Part shown: piece by piece, positions 11,274 to 23,649 of the stretch | Position numbering within the stretch: the first letter of the stretch is position 1 | Layout of the letters: every line of letters starts with the position of its first letter | DNA from: Escherichia coli | GTDB lineage: Bacteria > Pseudomonadota > Gammaproteobacteria > Enterobacterales > Enterobacteriaceae | DNA length: 64,000 bases | Assembly: GCF_013122565.1 (NCBI RefSeq) | Contig: NZ_CP053258.1 | Strand: one strand, 5' to 3' | Notes under the pieces: generated by a model | Database searches by the model: none | What the model was told of the DNA's origin: nothing | Seen by the model: the letters and a program-made list of their open reading frames with translations, nothing else | Made by a program: the position numbers and the translations under genes

Positions 11274-12194
11274 TCAGTAACGGATTTTCGGGTCGATAAC
11301 CGCATATAGCACATCGACAATGGCATTAAACAAAATGGTTAACGCGCCAACCAGAATGGTCAGACTTAACACTAAGGAATAGTCACGGTTCAATGCGCCA
11401 TTAACGAACAATTGTCCAATCCCCGGCAAACCATAAATGGTTTCGATGACCATAGAACCGGTAATAATGCCGACAAATGCGGGGCCCATATAGGAGAGCA
11501 CGGGTAACAGAGCAGGTTTTAAAGCGTGGCGTAAAATGATCCGCCGCATAGGTAACCCTTTCGCCCGGGCAGTGCGAATAAAGTTGGAGTGCAATACTTC
11601 AATCATAGAGCCACGGGTAATACGCGCAATACTGGCGATATAGGCGAGTGACAACGCCACCATTGGCAGTATCATGAATTTAAGCGCACCACCATTCCAG
11701 CCACCGCCCGGCAGCCAATGCAAAATGATCGCAAATATCATGACTAATAATGGCGCAACCACAAAACTGGGGATAACAACCCCGGTCATTGCCAGCCCCA
11801 TCACGGTATAGTCCCATTTGGTGTTTTGTTTTAATGCGGCAATAACGCCAGCACTAACACCCAGTATTACCGCAAGGAAAAATGCTGCGGCTCCCAGTTT
11901 GGCAGAAACGGGAAAACTGGATGCAACCAGGTCATTGACCGAATAATCTTTATATTTAAACGATGGACCGAAATCGCCATGCGCCAGTTGTTTCAGGTAG
12001 CTGAAATACTGTGTCATGATCGGATCATTAAGATGATATTTCGCTTCGATATTGGCCATTACTTCCGGTGGTAAAGTACGTTCGCCGGTAAAAGGGCTTC
12101 CCGGCGCGAGGCGCATCATAAAGAACGAAATAGTAATAAGAATAAATAGCGTCGGAATCGCTTCCAGACAGCGACGTAGAATAAATTTTAACAT
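11274..12194 (-). CDS. oppB: Oligopeptide ABC transporter permease OppB
   Basis: 306-aa multi-TM permease; operon context. Confidence 0.95.
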   Translation of the reverse strand: MLKFILRRCLEAIPTLFILITISFFMMRLAPGSPFTGERTLPPEVMANIEAKYHLNDPIMTQYFSYLKQLAHGDFGPSFKYKDYSVNDLVASSFPVSAKLGAAAFFLAVILGVSAGVIAALKQNTKWDYTVMGLAMTGVVIPSFVVAPLLVMIFAIILHWLPGGGWNGGALKFMILPMVALSLAYIASIARITRGSMIEVLHSNFIRTARAKGLPMRRIILRHALKPALLPVLSYMGPAFVGIITGSMVIETIYGLPGIGQLFVNGALNRDYSLVLSLTILVGALTILFNAIVDVLYAVIDPKIRY

Positions 12195-12279
12195 TGCCCT
12201 ACCTTCTGGCCTGTGCCTTCTGTAATGCGATAAAAATCAGACACCGTGGAGCAGGACACTCCTGCCCCACGTATTGCCA

Positions 12280-13911
12280 TTAGTGCTTCACAATGTACAT
12301 ATTCCGGGTGTAGGTATTATCCAGCGGATCTTTGCCGGTATAGCCACCAACCCACGGTTTCACCAGACGCGCATTCACGTAGTAATAAACAGGAACAATG
12401 GCCGAATCCTTATCCAGCTGTTGTTCTGCTTTAGTGTACAGAGCTGTGCGCTGCGCCTCGTCAGTCACTTTCAGCGTTTCCGCCATAATGCTGTCAAAGG
12501 CCGGGCTCTTATAATGCGCGGTATTCATCGAGCTGTTCGACAGCATGGTGTTCAGGAAGGAAGTTGGTTCGTTATAGTCTGCACACCAGCCTGCACGGGC
12601 CACATCAAAAGTGCCCTGATGACGGGTGTCGAGGAACGTTTTCCACTCCTGGTTAACCAGTTTGACGTTTACACCAATGTTTTTCTTCCACAATGAAGAG
12701 GCAGCAATCGCCAGCTTTTTATGCAGATCGGAGGTGTTATACAACAGGTTGATGGTCAACGGTTTGTCTGCGGTATAACCCGCTTCAGCCAGCAGTTTTT
12801 TTGCTTCTTCGTTACGTTTTTCCTGGCTCCAGCCAAACCATTCCGGCTGAGTCAATTTTGCGCCATCAGTATACGGTGGAGTGTAACCATAGGCGGGCAT
12901 GTCGCCCTGTGCTTTCACTTTATTAACAATGATATCGCGGTCCATACCCAGTTTCAGTGCGGTACGCACACGCACATCGTTGAATGGCGGTTTCTGGTTG
13001 TTAATTTCGTAATAGTAAGTGCACAGGTATGGATCAACGTGAACTTCGTCCGGGATCTCTTTTTTCAGCTTCTGGAACAATTCGATCGGCATATTGTTAT
13101 ACGTCATGTCGATTTCACCACTACGGTAGCGGTTGACATCAGTAACTTCAGAAGCAATAGGCAAATAGGTTACCTGGTTAATAACGGTTTTCGCGTTGTT
13201 CCAGTAGGTCGGGCTGCGTTCAAGAACGATTCGTTCGTTTACGACCCAATCTTTTAAGGTATAGGCACCGTTGGTGACGATATTACCAGGCTGGGTCCAT
13301 TTTTCGCCGAATTTCTCGATAGCGGCTTTTGGCACCGGTGAAGTTGATGGGTGAACAAGTAATTTATAGAAGTACGGAACGGGTTCACTTAAGGTGACTT
13401 CTAATGTGTGATCATCAATAGCTTTCACGCCGAGATCGGTAATCGGTTTTTTCCCTTCAAGAATTTCATCAATACCGGCGATATGCCCATATTGCAGATA
13501 ACTGGCATACGGAGAAGCGGTGTTTGGATCAACAGAACGTTGCCAGCTATACACAAAGTCTTGTGCTGTGACTGGCGTGCCATCAGACCATTTCGCATCT
13601 TTACGCAAATGGAAGGTCCAGACTTTCGCGTCTTTATTATCCCAGGATTCAGCGACGCCAGGTGCCGGATGACCGTCAAGGTCGCTGACCAGTAAGCCTT
13701 CAAACAGGTCCCGGCTGATATTAGACTCCGGCACACCTTCAATTTTGTGCGGATCTAATGACTGAACTTCTGAACCATTGTTACGTACCAGCGTTTGTTT
13801 TTCCGCCAGTGTGACGCCTGCGGGTACATCAGCTGCCAGCGCGACATTCCCTGCCATTAGCGCAGCCAGAACGCCAGCTGCTACTAAACTTCTCTTGGTG
13901 ATGTTGGTCAT
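12280..13911 (-). CDS. oppA: Periplasmic oligopeptide-binding protein OppA (543-aa precursor)
   Basis: MTNITKRSLVAAGVLAALMAGNVALA signal peptide then family 5 solute-binding domain; track ORF extends 15 codons upstream. Confidence 0.95.
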   Translation of the reverse strand: MTNITKRSLVAAGVLAALMAGNVALAADVPAGVTLAEKQTLVRNNGSEVQSLDPHKIEGVPESNISRDLFEGLLVSDLDGHPAPGVAESWDNKDAKVWTFHLRKDAKWSDGTPVTAQDFVYSWQRSVDPNTASPYASYLQYGHIAGIDEILEGKKPITDLGVKAIDDHTLEVTLSEPVPYFYKLLVHPSTSPVPKAAIEKFGEKWTQPGNIVTNGAYTLKDWVVNERIVLERSPTYWNNAKTVINQVTYLPIASEVTDVNRYRSGEIDMTYNNMPIELFQKLKKEIPDEVHVDPYLCTYYYEINNQKPPFNDVRVRTALKLGMDRDIIVNKVKAQGDMPAYGYTPPYTDGAKLTQPEWFGWSQEKRNEEAKKLLAEAGYTADKPLTINLLYNTSDLHKKLAIAASSLWKKNIGVNVKLVNQEWKTFLDTRHQGTFDVARAGWCADYNEPTSFLNTMLSNSSMNTAHYKSPAFDSIMAETLKVTDEAQRTALYTKAEQQLDKDSAIVPVYYYVNARLVKPWVGGYTGKDPLDNTYTRNMYIVKH

Positions 13912-14647
13912 TGTTTTTTGGACTCCCTCATTATAATTACTGGTAGTAACCAGCATGTGTAATCCCGGATTGGGACCCTGTACAGGCTCGGAGACTTTCT
14001 GCTGTCAGGTTACTTTATCGTTACGGATTGCTATCACCGACTTTATTTATTCTGGTGATTCAGACGATCACCTTATGTCGATTCGTACTGTGTCTCCCCT
14101 GTCGAGACACATTATTCTTTCGCGACGCTCTTTAATTGTTAATTATTCTCATTACCAATAAAAATCGTCTGGCGGTTGCCCGGAAAGTACCAAATGCGCT
14201 TCTTGCTCGCCAATACATTTTGCAAAATTGTTAAGCAATTCTCTTTTATTGACCGCAGCAGAATCTATAGCTTGCATCCATGTCTTAACAAACATCTTTC
14301 AATTCAATCAAATAGAGATTGGTTAAGCATGTCTATCTTTTCTGATTACAGTTCCCGTAGTGAAATGCACAATAATTTAACAATTGATTATTATTTAGCA
14401 CTTTCCTCTGCCAAAGGCAGTGGAATTACTAATATCATTTCAATTATTCTTCAGCAAGCCCAGGATTATGATGTGGTGAAAATAACATGATGGTGAGGAG
14501 AAGCAGTTAAGGAAATCCTTATAACTAACTGTAATTTGAGAAGAATATTTTTACCTATTCCTTTTGCTTTTGATAACTGCGTAGGAACAAAGTAAAAATA
14601 ATGACGAAGTAAACGGAGCATGGCGGCTCCGTTTCATTTGAAAGGAA

Positions 14648-15295
14648 TTAATTAAGCAGGCCGGGGAAAATCCCCTTAATACCAGTAACGATAAATTCAA
14701 TCCCCAATGCCATCAGCAATAGCCCCATAATACGCGTAATCACGTTGATGCCGGTCTGGCGTAAAACCCGTACCAGCCACGGTGCCATGCGGAACAATCC
14801 CCAGCAACATAAAGCGAACAACGCAATAGCCACAAAGAAACCAAACAGATAGCTAATGCTGTGATAACGCGTACCCCAGACGATGGTAGAACTGATCGCC
14901 CCTGGCCCCGCCATCAACGGCAACGCCAATGGCACCACACCAATGCTTTCACGTACCGCGGTTTCTGATTTTTCTTGCTTGTTCTGTTTATCCTCACCAA
15001 GCTTGCCGCTGATCATCGACATCGCTATTGTCACCACCAGGATGCCACCGGCGATACGGAATGAATCAATTGATATACCAAAAAGTTGTAGAATCGTGTC
15101 GCCGAGAAAAAGCGAGATCCACAAGATAATGGCCACAGACAGGTTGGCTGTAAGGTTAGTTTTGTTTCGCGCTGCCGCTGTCTGATAACTGGTCATGCTG
15201 ATAAAGACGGGAATAATCCCTACCGGGTTGACCAGCGCAAATAACCCGATGAAAAATTTGAAGTAAACGGGAAAATCAAAAAGGGTCTGAATCAC
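14648..15295 (-). CDS. ychE: MarC-family (UPF0056) inner membrane protein YchE
   Basis: 215-aa multi-TM ORF, recognised; synteny. Confidence 0.9.
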   Translation of the reverse strand: MIQTLFDFPVYFKFFIGLFALVNPVGIIPVFISMTSYQTAAARNKTNLTANLSVAIILWISLFLGDTILQLFGISIDSFRIAGGILVVTIAMSMISGKLGEDKQNKQEKSETAVRESIGVVPLALPLMAGPGAISSTIVWGTRYHSISYLFGFFVAIALFALCCWGLFRMAPWLVRVLRQTGINVITRIMGLLLMALGIEFIVTGIKGIFPGLLN

Positions 15296-15772
15296 GGTTA
15301 GCTCCGAAGCAAAAGCCGGATAATGTTAGCCATAAATAAGGTTGAAAAGACGCGCTGACAATACGCCTTTTGACGGCATTTTTCACCTCCTAACTACTTA
15401 AAATTGCTATCATTCGTTATTGTTATCTGGTTGTGCAAAACATGCTAATGTAGCCACCAAATCATACTACAATTTATTAACTGTTAGCTATAATGGCGAA
15501 AAGCGATGCTGAAAGGTGTCAGCTTTGCAAAAATTTGATTTGGATCACGTAATAAGTACCCAGAAGTGAGTAATCTTGCTTACGCCACCAGGAAGTGACG
15601 CATTAGAGATAAATAGCTCTAATGTTTAAACTCTTTTAGTAAATCACAGCGAGTGTGAGCGCGAGTAAGCTTTTGATTTTCATTGGTTAAGCAAATCATC
15701 ACCGCACTGACTATACTCTCGTATTCGAGCAGATGATTTACTAAAAAAGTTTAACATTATCAGGAGAGCATT

Positions 15773-18448
15773 ATGGCTGTTACTAATGTCGCTGAACTTA
15801 ACGCACTCGTAGAGCGTGTAAAAAAAGCCCAGCGTGAATATGCCAGTTTCACTCAAGAGCAAGTAGACAAAATCTTCCGCGCCGCCGCTCTGGCTGCTGC
15901 AGATGCTCGAATCCCACTCGCGAAAATGGCCGTTGCCGAATCCGGCATGGGTATCGTCGAAGATAAAGTGATCAAAAACCACTTTGCTTCTGAATATATC
16001 TACAACGCCTATAAAGATGAAAAAACCTGTGGTGTTCTGTCTGAAGACGACACTTTTGGTACCATCACTATCGCTGAACCAATCGGTATTATTTGCGGTA
16101 TCGTTCCGACCACTAACCCGACTTCAACTGCTATCTTCAAATCGCTGATCAGCCTGAAGACCCGTAACGCCATTATCTTCTCCCCGCACCCGCGTGCAAA
16201 AGATGCAACCAACAAAGCGGCTGATATCGTTCTGCAGGCTGCTATCGCTGCCGGTGCTCCGAAAGATCTGATCGGCTGGATCGATCAACCTTCTGTTGAA
16301 CTGTCTAACGCACTGATGCACCACCCAGACATCAACCTGATCCTCGCGACTGGTGGTCCGGGCATGGTTAAAGCCGCATACAGCTCCGGTAAACCAGCTA
16401 TCGGCGTAGGCGCGGGTAACACTCCGGTTGTTATCGATGAAACTGCTGATATCAAACGTGCAGTTGCATCTGTACTGATGTCCAAAACCTTCGACAACGG
16501 CGTAATCTGTGCTTCTGAACAGTCTGTTGTTGTTGTTGACTCTGTTTATGACGCAGTACGTGAACGTTTTGCAACCCACGGCGGCTATCTGTTGCAGGGT
16601 AAAGAGCTGAAAGCTGTTCAGGATGTTATCCTGAAAAACGGTGCGCTGAACGCGGCTATCGTTGGTCAGCCAGCCTATAAAATTGCTGAACTGGCAGGCT
16701 TCTCTGTACCAGAAAACACCAAGATTCTGATCGGTGAAGTGACCGTTGTTGATGAAAGCGAACCGTTCGCACATGAAAAACTGTCCCCGACTCTGGCAAT
16801 GTACCGTGCTAAAGATTTCGAAGACGCGGTAGAAAAAGCAGAGAAACTGGTTGCTATGGGTGGTATCGGTCATACCTCTTGCCTGTACACTGACCAGGAT
16901 AACCAACCGGCTCGCGTTTCTTACTTCGGTCAGAAAATGAAAACGGCTCGTATCCTGATTAACACCCCGGCTTCTCAGGGTGGTATCGGTGACCTGTATA
17001 ACTTCAAACTCGCACCTTCCCTGACTCTGGGTTGTGGTTCTTGGGGTGGTAACTCCATCTCTGAAAACGTTGGTCCGAAACACCTGATCAACAAGAAAAC
17101 CGTTGCTAAGCGAGCTGAAAACATGTTGTGGCACAAACTTCCGAAATCTATCTACTTCCGCCGTGGCTCCCTGCCAATCGCGCTGGATGAAGTGATTACT
17201 GATGGCCACAAACGTGCGCTCATCGTGACTGACCGCTTCCTGTTCAACAATGGTTATGCTGATCAGATCACTTCCGTACTGAAAGCAGCAGGCGTTGAAA
17301 CTGAAGTCTTCTTCGAAGTAGAAGCGGACCCGACCCTGAGCATCGTTCGTAAAGGTGCAGAACTGGCAAACTCCTTCAAACCAGACGTGATTATCGCGCT
17401 GGGTGGTGGTTCCCCGATGGACGCCGCGAAGATCATGTGGGTTATGTACGAACATCCGGAAACTCACTTCGAAGAGCTGGCGCTGCGCTTTATGGATATC
17501 CGTAAACGTATCTACAAGTTCCCGAAAATGGGCGTGAAAGCGAAAATGATCGCTGTCACCACCACTTCTGGTACAGGTTCTGAAGTCACTCCGTTTGCGG
17601 TTGTAACTGACGACGCTACTGGTCAGAAATATCCGCTGGCAGACTATGCGCTGACTCCGGATATGGCGATTGTCGACGCCAACCTGGTTATGGACATGCC
17701 GAAGTCCCTGTGTGCTTTCGGTGGTCTGGACGCAGTAACTCACGCCATGGAAGCTTATGTTTCTGTACTGGCATCTGAGTTCTCTGATGGTCAGGCTCTG
17801 CAGGCACTGAAACTGCTGAAAGAATATCTGCCAGCGTCCTACCACGAAGGGTCTAAAAATCCGGTAGCGCGTGAACGTGTTCACAGTGCAGCGACTATCG
17901 CGGGTATCGCGTTTGCGAACGCCTTCCTGGGTGTATGTCACTCAATGGCGCACAAACTGGGTTCCCAGTTCCATATTCCGCACGGTCTGGCAAACGCCCT
18001 GCTGATTTGTAACGTTATTCGCTACAACGCGAACGACAACCCGACCAAGCAGACTGCATTCAGCCAGTATGACCGTCCGCAGGCTCGCCGTCGTTATGCT
18101 GAAATTGCTGACCACCTGGGTCTGAGCGCACCGGGCGACCGTACTGCTGCTAAGATCGAGAAACTGCTGGCATGGCTGGAAACGCTGAAAGCTGAACTGG
18201 GTATTCCGAAATCTATCCGTGAAGCTGGCGTTCAGGAAGCAGACTTCCTGGCGAATGTGGATAAACTGTCTGAAGATGCATTCGATGACCAGTGCACTGG
18301 CGCTAACCCGCGTTACCCGCTGATCTCCGAGCTGAAACAGATTCTGCTGGATACCTACTACGGTCGTGATTATGTAGAAGGCGAAACTGCAGCGAAGAAA
18401 GAAGCTGCTCCGGCTAAAGCTGAGAAAAAAGCGAAAAAATCCGCTTAA
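15773..18448 (+). CDS. adhE: Bifunctional acetaldehyde-CoA / alcohol dehydrogenase AdhE
   Basis: 891-aa [29 protein letters not shown]; N-terminal ALDH and C-terminal Fe-ADH domains. Confidence 0.98.
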
Positions 18449-18543
18449 TCAGTAACGCTGTCTGGCAACATAAACGGCCACTTCTGGGCAATGCCGATCA
18501 GTTAAGGATTAGTTGACCGATCCTTAAACTGCGGCACTATAAC

Positions 18544-18570
18544 GGCTTCCACAACAGGGAGCCGTTTTCT
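18544..18570 (+). terminator. Rho-independent terminator downstream of adhE
   Basis: Hairpin ggcttcc-acaaca-gggagcc followed by gttttctt. Confidence 0.65.
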
Positions 18571-18571
18571 T

Positions 18572-19468
18572 ATGCCACTTCTCAATGATCTGCTCGATTT
18601 CAGTGACCATCCGCTTATGCCTCCGCCCTCTGCACAACTGTTTGCAGAACACCTTCCCACCGAGTGGATACAACACTGCCTGACGCTTTCTGCTCATGCG
18701 ACCGTTCGCCGCCGTCGTTTACCGGGGGACATGGTTATCTGGATGGTGGTGCAATGAGCCAATTACCGATGTTGTTCGCCGTCTGAACCTGAGCGCGGAT
18801 GGCGAAGCGGGGATGAACCTGCTGGTCCGCAGCGCTGTCACCCAGGCGCGTCAGCGCGTGGGGGCCGCCCCGGTGGAATGGCTCTTCCGCCAGACCGCAC
18901 AGACAGGGGCGCGGAACGTTACCTGAAGGATGACTGGCACGGCCTGCAACTTTTTGCCATTGATGGCGCACAGTTCAGGACACCTGATGAACCCGAGCTG
19001 CGTGAATATTATGGGTCTGCCAACACATCCACTAAGCGGCAGAGCGCCTACCCGGTTATGCGTCTGGTGGCCTTAATGAACCTGGGAAGTCACATTCTGC
19101 TGAATGCCGTGACCGCACCTTACCGGCAGAGCGAAACTGTGCTGGCCCACTCCATGCTCGCCACCATCCCGGATAACTCTATTACGTTGTTTGATAAGCT
19201 TTTTTACAGCGAAGACCTGCTGCTGACGCTGAACCAGAAGGGTTGTAACCGCCACTGGCTACTGCCTGCGTGGAAGAATATCGCATCAGAAATGATAGTG
19301 CTGGGAAACACGGCGTCACCAGGGACCATCCCGAAACGACTGGAGCATCTTCGGGGTGCTCTGGAAGTGGTGTTCATAACAAAACGCCCCCGACCATCAA
19401 GGCCGAGGGCGGTTAAGATATCAAAAACCCGTTATCCTGTGAAACATAGTGCCGCTCCTCTTAAGTGA
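18572..19468 (+). pseudogene. insZ: Degenerate IS4-family transposase remnant (insZ-like), split over three reading frames
   Basis: Three consecutive plus-strand ORFs (61, 76 and 196 aa) in different frames whose products read as transposase fragments; position between adhE and tdk matches the K-12 insZ pseudogene as I recall it. Confidence 0.65.
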
Positions 19469-19747
19469 ACGGCATTGCCCTTCTGGGACCGTTTTTTGTT
19501 TACCCAAAGCAACTTTTCCATAAACCGACAGCATTAGCCTTCATCATATTTGCGACGATGTATAACGCCTACACACAGCGATATTGTACTTTACAGGTCA
19601 CAAGTCAATGTCGGTGTATAAGCGCTCTGGGAGGCGTATAGCGGCGTTAAAAAACTGCCGAGAAGGGTGTATAGCCCGGAAGAAGTGCGTAAAACGAACT
19701 GACAGGATAAAAGCGCCCTGCTCACCCTGTCAGTAAAAAAATTCTTA

Positions 19748-20365
19748 TTAATCGTGGCGATGCCTTTCCTGAATAGCCGTTAATGAGCCGACTTCTAACG
19801 CCTCTTTATAGTGTTTACGGCATACAGAAACGTAGCGTTCATTACCACCAATAACCACCTGCTCACCTTCGTTATAAGGTCTGCCTGCTTGATCAAGACG
19901 CAGCACCATGCTTGCTTTACGGCCACAAAAACAGATGGTTTTTAATTCAACCAGTTTGTCGGACCATGCCAGTAAGTATTGGCTGCCAATAAATAATTCA
20001 CCTCGAAAATCGGTACGTAAACCATAACAAAGTACGGGTATATCGAGTTGATCGACAACCTCCGATAATTCATATACTTGTTGTCTGGTTAAAAACTGGC
20101 ATTCATCAACCAGTACGCAATGAATTGCCTGCTGTTCATGTTCCGCACGAATCTCATCAAATAATGATGAATTTTGGTTAAATAATTTTGCAGGCGATGA
20201 CAAACCTATACGCGAGCTGACTTTCCCGGCACCAAAGCGATCATCAATTTCTGCCGTATATACGACAGTGCTCATGCCGCGTTCCTGGTAATTGTATGAA
20301 GATTGCAACAATGCTGTAGACTTACCCGCATTCATTGCGGAATAGTAGAAATATAGCTGTGCCAT
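19748..20365 (-). CDS. tdk: Thymidine kinase
   Basis: 205-aa [20 protein letters not shown] with P-loop and C-terminal zinc-binding cysteines. Confidence 0.96.
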   Translation of the reverse strand: MAQLYFYYSAMNAGKSTALLQSSYNYQERGMSTVVYTAEIDDRFGAGKVSSRIGLSSPAKLFNQNSSLFDEIRAEHEQQAIHCVLVDECQFLTRQQVYELSEVVDQLDIPVLCYGLRTDFRGELFIGSQYLLAWSDKLVELKTICFCGRKASMVLRLDQAGRPYNEGEQVVIGGNERYVSVCRKHYKEALEVGSLTAIQERHRHD

Positions 20366-20968
20366 CAGCCACAGGCCCTCAATGATATGAAATAAAGTTG
20401 GCTGGAGTTTATCATAATTCGTCAGTTTTTCAGCTCAACAGTATGCACAGAAGTGGTATATGCGTTCTCCCTTACGAAGCCTTGCATAATCCTTCTGAGC
20501 TATCATTACAACTGCCTCGCTTGTTATAAGCGGGTAAATGACTGCTGGTAACTATTCACAATCTTTAACCTGTTGCGCAAGTAATAGCCCTCTGTTGATC
20601 TCCAGGAGATAGTGCAATACTAAGTCCCTGCTCTTATTGCGACTGTTCTACTTTTCATCATTCGCTTAATAGGGAATTCTCGTAAACACGACTAATACAG
20701 AAGACTGAAAGGTCGTCAGTCTACGATAATCTCCCCATAAAATGTGACATGAATCAGGAAGTTTTAACCTCACGAGCTGCGAAATCATCGGTGCAAATAG
20801 GGCTATATGCCGCGTCTTTTCTGGCTAATTTTATGAAAAGATATTTATTGGCGGCACAAAATAAAGAACAATTTTGAATTCCTTACATTCCTGGCTATTG
20901 CACAACTGAATTTAAGGCTCTATTATTACCTCAACAAACCACCCCAATATAAGTTTGAGATTACTACA

Positions 20969-21382
20969 ATGAGCGAAGCACTTAAAATTCTGAACAACAT
21001 CCGTACTCTTCGTGCGCAGGCAAGAGAATGTACACTTGAAACGCTGGAAGAAATGCTGGAAAAATTAGAAGTTGTTGTTAACGAACGTCGCGAAGAAGAA
21101 AGCGCGGCTGCTGCTGAAGTTGAAGAGCGCACTCGTAAACTGCAGCAATATCGCGAAATGCTGATCGCTGACGGTATTGACCCGAACGAACTGCTGAATA
21201 GCCTTGCTGCCGTTAAATCTGGCACCAAAGCTAAACGTGCTCAGCGTCCGGCAAAATATAGCTACGTTGACGAAAACGGCGAAACTAAAACCTGGACTGG
21301 CCAGGGCCGTACTCCAGCTGTAATCAAAAAAGCAATGGATGAGCAAGGTAAATCCCTCGACGATTTCCTGATCAAGCAATAA
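20969..21382 (+). CDS. hns: Nucleoid-associated protein H-NS
   Basis: 137-aa [44 protein letters not shown], unmistakable H-NS. Confidence 0.98.
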
Positions 21383-21406
21383 TCTTTTGTAGATTGCACT
21401 TGCTTA

Positions 21407-21432
21407 AAATCCCGCCATCGGCGGGATTTTTT
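21407..21432 (+). terminator. Rho-independent terminator of hns
   Basis: Hairpin aaaatcccgcc-atcg-gcgggatttttt 25 nt after the stop codon. Confidence 0.85.
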
Positions 21433-21469
21433 ATTGTCCGGTTTAAGACAATTTAATAAGAATAAGCTA

Positions 21470-21500
21470 TAAAAAAACGGCGTCGATTGCTCAACGCCGT
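21470..21500 (-). terminator. Rho-independent terminator of galU
   Basis: Minus-strand hairpin ACGGCGU-ugagcaaucg-ACGCCGU followed by U7. Confidence 0.8.
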
Positions 21501-21525
21501 TTCGTGGATAACACCGATATGGATG

Positions 21526-22434
21526 TTACTTCTTAATGCCCATCTCTTCTTCAAGCCAGGCTTTAAATTCCGTGCCAAGGGTGTTATGACGAATACCGTA
21601 TTCAACGAAGGCCTGCATGTAACCTAATTTATTACCGCAGTCATGGCTCTTCCCTTTCATATGATAGGCTTCAACCGTTTCTTTTTCGATCAGCATATCA
21701 ATTGCGTCGGTGAGCTGAATTTCATCACCAGCTCCCGGAGGTGTTTTTGCCAGCAACGGCCAAATATCCGCGCTAAGTACGTAACGACCCACGATAGCGA
21801 GATTAGACGGCGCAACATCCGCTTTTGGTTTTTCAACCACGCCAACCATAGGTACGCTTTCACCCGGCGCTAATTCAACGCCTTTGCAATCCACAACGCC
21901 ATATGCGGTCACATCAGCAACCGGTTCAACCATGATCTGGCTATGACCCGTTTCATCAAAGCGGCGGATCATCTCTGCCAGGTTATCCTGTGACAAATCG
22001 GATTCATATTCATCCAGAATAACGTCAGGCAAAATAACAGCCACAGGTTCATCACCCACTACCGGGTGAGCACACAATACCGCGTGTCCCAGGCCTTTCG
22101 CCAGCCCCTGACGAACTTGCATAATAGTCACGTGCGGCGGACAAATAGACTGCACTTCATCAAGCAGTTGACGTTTTACACGTTTTTCCAGCATTGCTTC
22201 CAGTTCAAAACTGGTATCAAAGTGGTTTTCAATCGAGTTTTTAGATGAGTGCGTAACCAGCACAATTTCAGTAATGCCAGCCGCAATACATTCATTCACG
22301 ACGTATTGAATTAATGGCTTATCGACAAGTGGCAGCATCTCTTTCGGGATGGCTTTCGTCGCCGGCAACATCCTGGTTCCTAATCCCGCAACGGGGATAA
22401 CGGCTTTTTTGACTTTCGTATTAATGGCAGCCAT
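21526..22434 (-). CDS. galU: UTP--glucose-1-phosphate uridylyltransferase GalU
   Basis: 302-aa [38 protein letters not shown] recognised. Confidence 0.97.
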
Positions 22435-22635
22435 TTAAATTCTCCTGGACTGTTCGTGTTTTGAACGTGTTCATATTTCTGTATCGCATCCCAGTATATC
22501 AGCACCCCGAAGGGGCTAAGTTCTGAAAAGGATGCGAGTTAGCATAATTAAGACAATTACTTATACGAATGGCGACGATAGTACCACCAGCCGACATTAG
22601 CAGGTAATGCAAATTTAGCCCGCGTTATCGTTTGC

Positions 22636-23649
22636 TCATTCTGCAGACAACATCAAGCGCAGCCGACCACCGGTTCCCCATATTTGGCATTGCCAGGCAT
22701 CGCATCGCTGGCTAAATTGATTCAAATAAGCGTTACCTAAAGTGCCTAACGGAACACCATTACTGATTTGCACCTGGTGTTCGCCGGTATTTAACGTCGC
22801 ATTCAGACCCGCAGAAACCAGAATGAGATTTTTCAGTTCGCGATGATAATAGCCAACTAATAGCGGAAACTGCCCCGGCAGATTGGCCTGACGGAGTAAA
22901 TGGTTTACCTGCTTCAATAACGCGCCCAACTCTGGCAACCGTTGATTTTGGTGTGCAAGCTGTTCCTGTAATAATCCGTTAAACAATGCGCGTAATAACA
23001 AGGCAGCAAGTACGCCATTATGTCCAGCTCGGGTGACATCAAGGCAATAAAATGCCAGATCGTTTTCCGAAAGTGCGGCAATATCAAGCACCAGGCCGGG
23101 TTTGTCCGCGGCAACCAATTGACGATAATTAACCCGGCAATGGGAAATCACCTGCTGAACCGGCGGTTGTAGTTCCTGTAATAATTTCGCCGCTGCGGCA
23201 GGGTTATCAACCATTGCATCCCAGTCGCGAAAAAGTCTTTCCTCTTCCTCAACGCGGGAATTAAACATACTGGGATAGAGACAGGCAAAAACCATCTCGC
23301 GCAAGCGATTCAGATCTTTAACTGGTTTCAGCAAAACATCTTCAACGCCCAGACGTAACGCTTTGGCAATATCTGCCATATTTTCGGTGGCAGATATCAC
23401 CAGAACCGGTGTCTGGTCACCTCTGTTGCGTATATGTTCCAGCAGTTTAAGCCCGTTCATTCGTGGCATCGCGATATCACATATCATCAGGTCTGGAGTG
23501 AAACCTCCCAGCAACTCAAGGGCATCCACCCCATCAGCCGCCAGTACCGTTGTCGCTCCCAATGAGGAAAACCACGAATCCAGAAGCGAGCGAAATACCT
23601 GCTCATCTTCAACAATGAGAATCTGTTTTCCGACCAATGGCTGCGTCAT
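22636..23649 (-). CDS. rssB: RpoS-proteolysis adaptor response regulator RssB
   Basis: 337-aa ORF with N-terminal receiver domain (ILIVEDEQVFRSLL, conserved Asp) and PP2C-like C-terminus. Confidence 0.95.
   Translation of the reverse strand: MTQPLVGKQILIVEDEQVFRSLLDSWFSSLGATTVLAADGVDALELLGGFTPDLMICDIAMPRMNGLKLLEHIRNRGDQTPVLVISATENMADIAKALRLGVEDVLLKPVKDLNRLREMVFACLYPSMFNSRVEEEERLFRDWDAMVDNPAAAAKLLQELQPPVQQVISHCRVNYRQLVAADKPGLVLDIAALSENDLAFYCLDVTRAGHNGVLAALLLRALFNGLLQEQLAHQNQRLPELGALLKQVNHLLRQANLPGQFPLLVGYYHRELKNLILVSAGLNATLNTGEHQVQISNGVPLGTLGNAYLNQFSQRCDAWQCQIWGTGGRLRLMLSAE

Noticed and set aside
12274-13257. 140-aa and 178-aa plus-strand ORFs
   Set aside because: Antisense within oppA; no independent evidence.
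14176-14490. 104-aa ORF in the ychE-oppA spacer
   Set aside because: TTG start, no SD, AT-rich, product without recognisable features.
16124-17941. 605-aa minus-strand ORF
   Set aside because: Lies entirely antisense within adhE; product is low-complexity, R/V/F-rich and unrecognisable; typical antisense artefact of a highly expressed, codon-biased gene.
19690-19747. Stem-loop ctgacagg-N19-cctgtcag downstream of tdk
   Set aside because: Large loop and no clean U-run on either strand; may contribute to tdk termination but not confidently a terminator.
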